A DNA stretch of 64,000 bases, from contig CAWIUL010000011.1 in NCBI GenBank assembly GCA_963839305.1, forward strand, positions 2,249,561 through 2,313,560, written 5' to 3'. Below the pieces are notes generated by a model. The model was not told the DNA's origin. It saw nothing but the letters and a program-made list of their open reading frames with translations, and ran no database searches. The DNA comes from an uncultured delta proteobacterium (GTDB taxonomy: Bacteria > Myxococcota_A > Polyangia > Polyangiales > Polyangiaceae). This document shows, piece by piece, positions 58,701 through 64,000 of this stretch; positions within the stretch are counted from its first letter, which is position 1, and every line of letters starts with the position of its first letter. The position numbers and the translations under genes were made by a program.

Positions 58701-60008
58701 ATGCTGCCGCGGTTCATGACGCTCGAGCGCCTCCGCAAGCTCGCCGTGACGCTGCCGTTTCGCGCGATCGTGGCTTGCCTCTGCTTGTGGCTGCACCTCC
58801 AGGCGTTCGAGAAGCTCGGTCGCGAGCGTTTCGACTTCGAGGTTTTCCAAGCGCCGAACACCCACGCGCCGGGGTTCGTGACCGAGCGGGATCTCGTGCC
58901 GCGCGACTGGTCGCGCCTGCTCGTGTCGCGATGGGACGCGCAGCACTACATGGAGCTCGGCCTCCGCGGCTACAAGGAGTGCAAGAACAAGGCTGATCTC
59001 AAGCCCGACGAGTACCCGGACGACGAGCCGCGCTGCCAGCTCAACTTCTTCCCGACCTACGGCCTCATCGGCGCGTGGGTCGGCGAGAAGCTCGGGTGGG
59101 CCATCGACTGGTCGCTCTTCGCCGTTTCGATCGTCTCGAGCTTCGTCTTCCTCATGCTCTTCACGAGCCGCGTCGTGACGAAGCCGCTCGGCGTCGGCAC
59201 GACGTACCTCGCGCTCTTGCTCTTCAACACGTTCACGACGGGCTTCGCGCTCGTGACCGTGCAGACGGAGCCCATCTTCCTCGCGACGGCCATGGCGACC
59301 TACTACTGCTTCGCGAGGCGCTGGCTGCTGCCTGCGGCGATCCTCGCCGGGTTCGCGAGCGCGATCCGCATCACGGGCGTGGCGGTGGGATTCGCGTATT
59401 GCGTCGCGCTCTTGATGCTCACGCTCGCCGAGCGCCCGCGCGTTCGCGTTTGGGCGCTACGCGCCGTCTACGCGGCGATCTCGGGCTGGGGGATCCTCGT
59501 CTTGATGGCGTACTTCCAGCACAGGTTCGGCGATCCGCTGATCTACTCCCACGCCCACGGCCGCGCGTACCACCACGATCCGAACATCGACCTGATCATC
59601 CACCCCGACACGCGCCTGCTCATGCAGTCGATCTGGGGCGAGCCGCACGACGGCGTCTTCTTGGGCGGGAGCCTGCTCTGGTTCGGGCTCGGCCATCGCA
59701 AGGCGCTCGAGCGCTTCTCGATCCCGGCCCAGGCGTTCTTCTACGTGCTCTTCGTCTCCGTCATCGGCATCGCGATGATCGGCTCGTCCGAGTACGCCTA
59801 TGGCGGCCTGACCCGCTACCTCCTCGGCGCGCTCCCGCTGTTCTTCGCCATGGCGGCGATGATGCGCAATCGCCCGGTCGTGCTCGCCATGTGGCTCTAC
59901 ATGAGCCTCGCGCACTACTGGGGCGGAGATCTCTGCGATTACGTCGGACTGACCGAGGGCAGCCGCATCGAGCGGTGCGGGTTCGCTCGGCACTTTACGT
60001 CGAATTGA
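58701..60008 (+). CDS. polytopic membrane protein, GT-C-like (putative glycosyltransferase)
   Basis: About 10 TM segments. Conserved-looking acidic loop ..DEYPDDEPRC... Confidence 0.55.
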   Translation: MLPRFMTLERLRKLAVTLPFRAIVACLCLWLHLQAFEKLGRERFDFEVFQAPNTHAPGFVTERDLVPRDWSRLLVSRWDAQHYMELGLRGYKECKNKADLKPDEYPDDEPRCQLNFFPTYGLIGAWVGEKLGWAIDWSLFAVSIVSSFVFLMLFTSRVVTKPLGVGTTYLALLLFNTFTTGFALVTVQTEPIFLATAMATYYCFARRWLLPAAILAGFASAIRITGVAVGFAYCVALLMLTLAERPRVRVWALRAVYAAISGWGILVLMAYFQHRFGDPLIYSHAHGRAYHHDPNIDLIIHPDTRLLMQSIWGEPHDGVFLGGSLLWFGLGHRKALERFSIPAQAFFYVLFVSVIGIAMIGSSEYAYGGLTRYLLGALPLFFAMAAMMRNRPVVLAMWLYMSLAHYWGGDLCDYVGLTEGSRIERCGFARHFTSN

Positions 60009-60027
60009 CGGTCACCTACGTTGCCGC

Positions 60028-60928
60028 CATGTCGGCCGTGCGCGCGTTCTTCGTCGGCCTGCGCGAGGTCTTCACGCTCGAGCGAGCCGAGGCGCGAGCG
60101 CTCTCGCTCGACGACGCCGAGCGCGCGCGGCGAAAGCGCTTCGTCCGCGCGTCGCGTGACCGCTGGAACGCGGCGAACAAGCTCGCGAGCCCGATCGCGG
60201 CGATCGTCCTCTTGCGCGAGTCGCTCGCCCTCGCGCTCGAGGCCGCGAGCAACGCGCCGCTCGCAGACCTCGTCGCGGCGCACGTCGCCGACGAGGACAT
60301 CGCGCGTGCCGAGCGATTCCTCGCGCCGATCGCGCCGCTCTCCATCGACGAGCTCCCGTTCGCGGAGGTCGAGGCCGTGCGCCTCTCGCTCGAGCGCTGC
60401 GTCGCGGCGGTGCTCCGCGCGGTCGACACGCGCACGGTCGTCGCGGTGCGCGCGCTCCGCATCGCGCGGCCCATCGCGGTGCTCGCGTTCGTCGCGTGGC
60501 TCGTCGTGCCGTACGCGCGGACGCACTGGATGATCCACGACGTCGCGCTCGGCAAGGTCGTCACGAGCAGCCCGCTCCGCGGCGAGTCGCCGTCGGCCGA
60601 TCACGTCGTCGACGGCAAGACCCGCGGGACTTTCGACATCGCGACCGTGATCACGGATCACGCGTTCGTCATGGTCGACCTCGGCGAGACGTACGCGATC
60701 GACCACGTCCGCGTCGTGAACCGTGGAGACGGCTGGTTCGACGACATCCTGCCCGTCTCTCTGGAAATCTCCGAGGACGGCGCGCAGTTCACGAACGTGG
60801 CGCGCAAGGACGACCACTTCGAAACGTGGACCGTCGCGCTCGGCGGCCGCCGCGCTCGATTCGTTCGCTTGATCAAGCCGGACCACGGCTACATCGCGAT
60901 CAACGAGCTCGAGGTGTACGCGCGATGA
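60028..60928 (+). CDS. membrane-anchored discoidin-domain protein, paralog 3
   Basis: Helical N-terminus, TM LRIARPIAVLAFVAWLVVP, then a C-terminal ..FVMVDLGETYAIDHVRVVNRGDGWFDDILPVSLEISEDGAQFTNV...ARFVRLIKPDHGYIAINELEVYAR. Confidence 0.65.
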
Positions 60929-62757
60929 CCGACCCTCGCCGCGAGCCGCGCTGGCGTTTGTGGGTCAACCGCGGCCTCCTCGTCTTCTCGTTCATTCTCG
61001 TGATGGGGATGATCGCGCTCGTCACGGCGCCGATCTGGAGGCCGCTCGACACCTACGGCATCCACGACTGGGACGCGATGCAGGCGTACCGGTTCATCAC
61101 GGTCAAGACGCTCAAGGACTACCACCAGCTGCCGTTCTGGGACCCGTACAACTGCGGCGGCCACACGTGGTGGGCGGGCTACGAGAGCGGCTCGAACCTC
61201 GTCTCGCCGTGGCTGCTCGGGTACCTGCTGCTGCCGTTCCCGATCGCGCTGCGCGTCGAGGTCGCCGGCGCGGCGCTGCTCGGCGCGGCGGGCACGTGGG
61301 CGCTCGCGGGGCGCTTCACGAAGAGCCCGGGCGCGCGCCTCGCGTGCGCCGCGGTCTTCTTGAGCAGCCGCTGGGGCCTTCAGACCTCCGTCGGCCACAT
61401 GTGGCACTTGTATTATGCATGGACTCCGTGGGCGCTCTTCTTCCTCGATCGCGCGCTCGCGATGCGCCCGCCCGTGACCACTTCTCAGCGGCGCGACGTC
61501 ATCCTCCTCGGCGCGACGCTCGCGATGATGGTCTACACCGGCGGCATCTACCCGCTGCCGCACACGGTCATCCTCCTCGGGATCTACGCGGCGTACCACG
61601 CGATCGTCGCGCGCTCGTGGCGACCGATCTTGCTCCTCGGCGGCGCGGGCGTGCTCTCGGTCGCGTTCTCGGCGCCGCGTCTCCTTCCGCTGATCGACAT
61701 GCTCCGGCGCTTCCCTCGCCTCGTGAGCTCGACGGAGGCGCTCGATCTGACGGGGCTCGTGGGCGTCTTCACGTCGTCGTCGCCCGAGACTCGCCCGGCC
61801 GTGACGCCGTGGGGCTGGCACGAGTGGGGCATCTACACCGGGTGGTTGCCGTTCGTCGGCATGTTCGCCGCGATGATCTTCGCACGGCGCGTGCACGAGC
61901 GAGCGCTCGTCCTCGCGGGGGCGATTTGCATGCTCGTGGGCATGGGTCGATTCAGCCCGTACGCGCCGTGGGGGCTCATGCACGACTACATCCCGATCTT
62001 CGAGTCGCAGCACGTGCCCTCGCGCTGGCTGTACCCGGCGTCGATCGTCCTGTTCGTCGCGATGGTCGCGATCATCGAGCGCTGGCTCGCGCGCGTCGAG
62101 CGGCGCACGTGGCTCGAGGTCGCGTTTCTGTTCGTCGGTGCGTACATCGCGCTCGACATCGGGCTCGAGGCTCAGAAGCCTCTGGTCGGCTCGTTCGTGC
62201 GCCACCTGAACAACGTCCAGGACAGCACCGGCCCGTTCCACATGGAAAAGACGGCGCCACCGAACGCGCGCTACGACATGTCCGATTGGGCGGCGACGTC
62301 GATGCCGCCGATGCTCGTGAACGTCGGCACGAAGGACTGCGCGACCTTCCCGGGCCTCCACACCTACTTCTGGGATCGCAACGGCCACATGCCCGGCATC
62401 GGCGCGAAGGCCGTCGGCGAGCCGGACTACCGCGGCGAGGCGTACACCGCGAGCGGCACGGGCGTCGCGGACGTCATCGCGTGGTCGCCGAACGCCGTGA
62501 CGGTCAGCTACCGCGGCGCCAACCCGGGCGACGTGCTCGTGCTCAACCAGAACTGGGACCCCGGCTGGCGCGCGCAGGGCTCGGCCGTGGTGAACTTCCG
62601 CGACGCGGTCGGCACCACGATCAAGACGCGCGACGGCGAGGTCACGTTTCGCTACGTGCCGCGCTTCCTCTACGTCGGTTGCCTGATGTGCGCGGTGGCG
62701 ATCGCGGTGCTCGTGTGGATGTGGCGCGCGAAGGTCCGCGTGCTCAGTACGGCGTGA
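60925..62757 (+). CDS. YfhO-like / GT-C-fold membrane glycosyltransferase-like protein
   Basis: ATGA overlap with the discoidin paralog 3 gene. About 12 TM segments plus a C-terminal beta-rich extracytoplasmic domain and a final TM (..VGCLMCAVAIAVLVWMW). Confidence 0.65.
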   Translation: MTDPRREPRWRLWVNRGLLVFSFILVMGMIALVTAPIWRPLDTYGIHDWDAMQAYRFITVKTLKDYHQLPFWDPYNCGGHTWWAGYESGSNLVSPWLLGYLLLPFPIALRVEVAGAALLGAAGTWALAGRFTKSPGARLACAAVFLSSRWGLQTSVGHMWHLYYAWTPWALFFLDRALAMRPPVTTSQRRDVILLGATLAMMVYTGGIYPLPHTVILLGIYAAYHAIVARSWRPILLLGGAGVLSVAFSAPRLLPLIDMLRRFPRLVSSTEALDLTGLVGVFTSSSPETRPAVTPWGWHEWGIYTGWLPFVGMFAAMIFARRVHERALVLAGAICMLVGMGRFSPYAPWGLMHDYIPIFESQHVPSRWLYPASIVLFVAMVAIIERWLARVERRTWLEVAFLFVGAYIALDIGLEAQKPLVGSFVRHLNNVQDSTGPFHMEKTAPPNARYDMSDWAATSMPPMLVNVGTKDCATFPGLHTYFWDRNGHMPGIGAKAVGEPDYRGEAYTASGTGVADVIAWSPNAVTVSYRGANPGDVLVLNQNWDPGWRAQGSAVVNFRDAVGTTIKTRDGEVTFRYVPRFLYVGCLMCAVAIAVLVWMWRAKVRVLSTA

Positions 62758-64000
62758 CGACGACCGGGTTGCCCGAGGCGCGGTAGATCGCCCGGTCAGG
62801 GAAGCTCGCGCGGATGCACTGCGTGTACTCGGGCTTGCGCTCGATCGCGATGAGCACGTCCTGGTTCGGGTAGAGATCGATCGGGTAGTTCTCGGTGAGA
62901 TCCAGCGGGTCGAAGCCCGTCGCGCCGACCTGCGCCATGACGACCGCGTGGTGGATCCCCGTCTCGCGGATGCGCTCGTTCAGCGAAGCGTGCTGGTGCA
63001 CGTGCGCATAGATGCCCGGGTAGAGCAGCGGCCAGAGGCGCACCGTCGTGACGACCATCGTCGCGATCGCGACGGCGAGCGGCCCCCCCGCCCAGAACGC
63101 GCCGTTCGGCGAGCACCGCTTCATCGCGGACTGCGCGAGCGATCCGAACGCGACGCCCGCGCCGATCGCCATGAGGACGATGAACGGCGTCTCGTAGCGC
63201 GGGCCGTAGCCCCAGTCGAAGCCGCGGCCGAGCGCGAGGTACTGATAGTGAGCATCGAAGACGAACAGACCGATGAGCGTCATCACGATCACGCCTCGCG
63301 CGCCGCGGCGGAGCGAGACGACGCCGGCGAAGCCGACGGCGAGCGAGCACGGAAACCACGCGTAGCTGCCGGTCGCGAGCGGCATCGCGAACTTCCACTC
63401 GCTGGACCGCGGCCAGCCGTACTTCACCGTGTCCCAGGTGTGGATGAGCGAATAGATCGAGTAGCCCGTCTTGAACCACTCGCCGAGCTGCGCGCGCAGG
63501 ATGACGAGGCTGAGCACGCCCCAAAAGAGGAACGCGGCGAGCGCGCCGAAGAACGCGCGCTTGCCGATGCGCCGCTTGAACAGCGAGTACACGAAGTAGA
63601 CGGCGAGCCCGACGGAGAGCGTCGCGCCGTCGGCGGGACGCGCGGCGCCCATGAGCGCGATGAACGAGCCGAGCGCGACGCCCCACTTGAGCTCGTCGTG
63701 CGGCGAGGGGCGGCCTTTGCAGATCACGAGGAGCGCTTCGATCGACCACGCGAAGAGCGCCGCGACGAACACGTGCGCGTAGCGCGAGGCGCCGACGAGG
63801 AGCGTTGTGGTCGCGAACGTCGCGACGCCGGCCGCGATGAAGCCTGCAGCGGCCGCGCCCGCGCTGTTGCCGCGTCCGTCGAGCGCCATCGAGCGCCTCG
63901 CGACGCGCGCGACGCCGACCGCCATGAGGCCGTGCGACACGGGGCCCGCGAACCACGGCACGCCGAGCGCCACGAACGGCGTCATGAACAGCGGCCAACC
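62744..64000 (-). CDS. polytopic membrane protein (GT-C-like), N-terminus beyond window edge
   Basis: ORF open to the window end. Multiple TM segments plus a C-terminal soluble domain. Convergent with, and overlapping, the YfhO-like gene. Confidence 0.5.
   Translation of the reverse strand, partial: GWPLFMTPFVALGVPWFAGPVSHGLMAVGVARVARRSMALDGRGNSAGAAAAGFIAAGVATFATTTLLVGASRYAHVFVAALFAWSIEALLVICKGRPSPHDELKWGVALGSFIALMGAARPADGATLSVGLAVYFVYSLFKRRIGKRAFFGALAAFLFWGVLSLVILRAQLGEWFKTGYSIYSLIHTWDTVKYGWPRSSEWKFAMPLATGSYAWFPCSLAVGFAGVVSLRRGARGVIVMTLIGLFVFDAHYQYLALGRGFDWGYGPRYETPFIVLMAIGAGVAFGSLAQSAMKRCSPNGAFWAGGPLAVAIATMVVTTVRLWPLLYPGIYAHVHQHASLNERIRETGIHHAVVMAQVGATGFDPLDLTENYPIDLYPNQDVLIAIERKPEYTQCIRASFPDRAIYRASGNPVVVTPY

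Overview
This 64-kb window has very high GC (about 70%+) and Ala/Arg-rich proteins. The gene content points to a myxobacterium-like Deltaproteobacteria/Myxococcota chromosome: many lipoproteins, a Ser/Thr-kinase fused to a sigma-54 activator, FGE/SUMF1 and FG-GAP/ASPIC proteins, and STAND-type regulators. All calls rest on reading the six-frame translations; no database searches were possible.

Content in order along the window:
- 1-3.2 kb: a 5'-truncated membrane protein and a NuoM/MnhD-like antiporter-module protein with an extra N-terminal domain.
- 3.0-6.0 kb: an ArsR regulator plus an ABC-2 transporter on the minus strand, sitting directly after atpG where atpD/atpC would normally follow.
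- 6.0-10.5 kb: an ATP-synthase operon (b', b, delta, alpha, gamma). atpA carries an apparent 1-nt frameshift, an about 40-aa internal insertion and a Lys-rich tail.
- 10.6-12.0 kb: a Pro-rich hypothetical and a multiply frameshifted Bcp-type peroxiredoxin remnant.
- 12.1-16.5 kb: a 1455-aa regulator combining STK kinase, P-loop ATPase, TPR, GAF and a sigma54-activator domain.
- 16.5-26.8 kb: a secreted Thr-rich protein and an alpha/beta hydrolase, followed by a diheme c-type lipoprotein, an MFS transporter and a lipoprotein, then a 22-Cys secreted mini-protein next to an ABC-2 exporter with a hydrolase gene, and a small repeat-containing protein.
- 26.9-32.6 kb: a complete RND tripartite efflux operon (MFP-RND-OMF).
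- 32.6-38.9 kb: lipoproteins (ferritin-like, metallophosphoesterase), a gene precisely bracketed by direct and 35-bp inverted repeats, an FGE/SUMF1 protein and an FG-GAP/ASPIC lipoprotein.
- 38.9-44.6 kb: a frameshifted P-loop ATPase with a C-terminal OmpR-type winged helix, divergent from an LRR protein; a MerT-HMA fusion; fhs; tRNA-Lys(CTT).
- 44.6-64.0 kb: a glycan-biosynthesis locus starting immediately after the tRNA. It holds a complete nucleotide-heptose pathway (NTase, GHMP kinase, GmhA, GmhB, transaldolase) with tailoring enzymes (SDR, Gfo/Idh/MocA, NAD-epimerase, SAM-MTase) and at least five GT-C-type polytopic membrane glycosyltransferase-like proteins.

The most interesting observation is in that last locus. 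Three paralogous genes encode 'cytoplasmic helical domain, single TM, discoidin (F5/8 type C) domain' proteins. Two of them are translationally coupled (ATGA overlaps) to GT-C membrane proteins, and the set is arranged around a divergent promoter. I propose this as a candidate undescribed envelope glycosylation module.

Caveat: at least four independent single-base frameshifts hit otherwise intact genes, including essential atpA. This suggests indel errors in the assembly rather than true pseudogenes.
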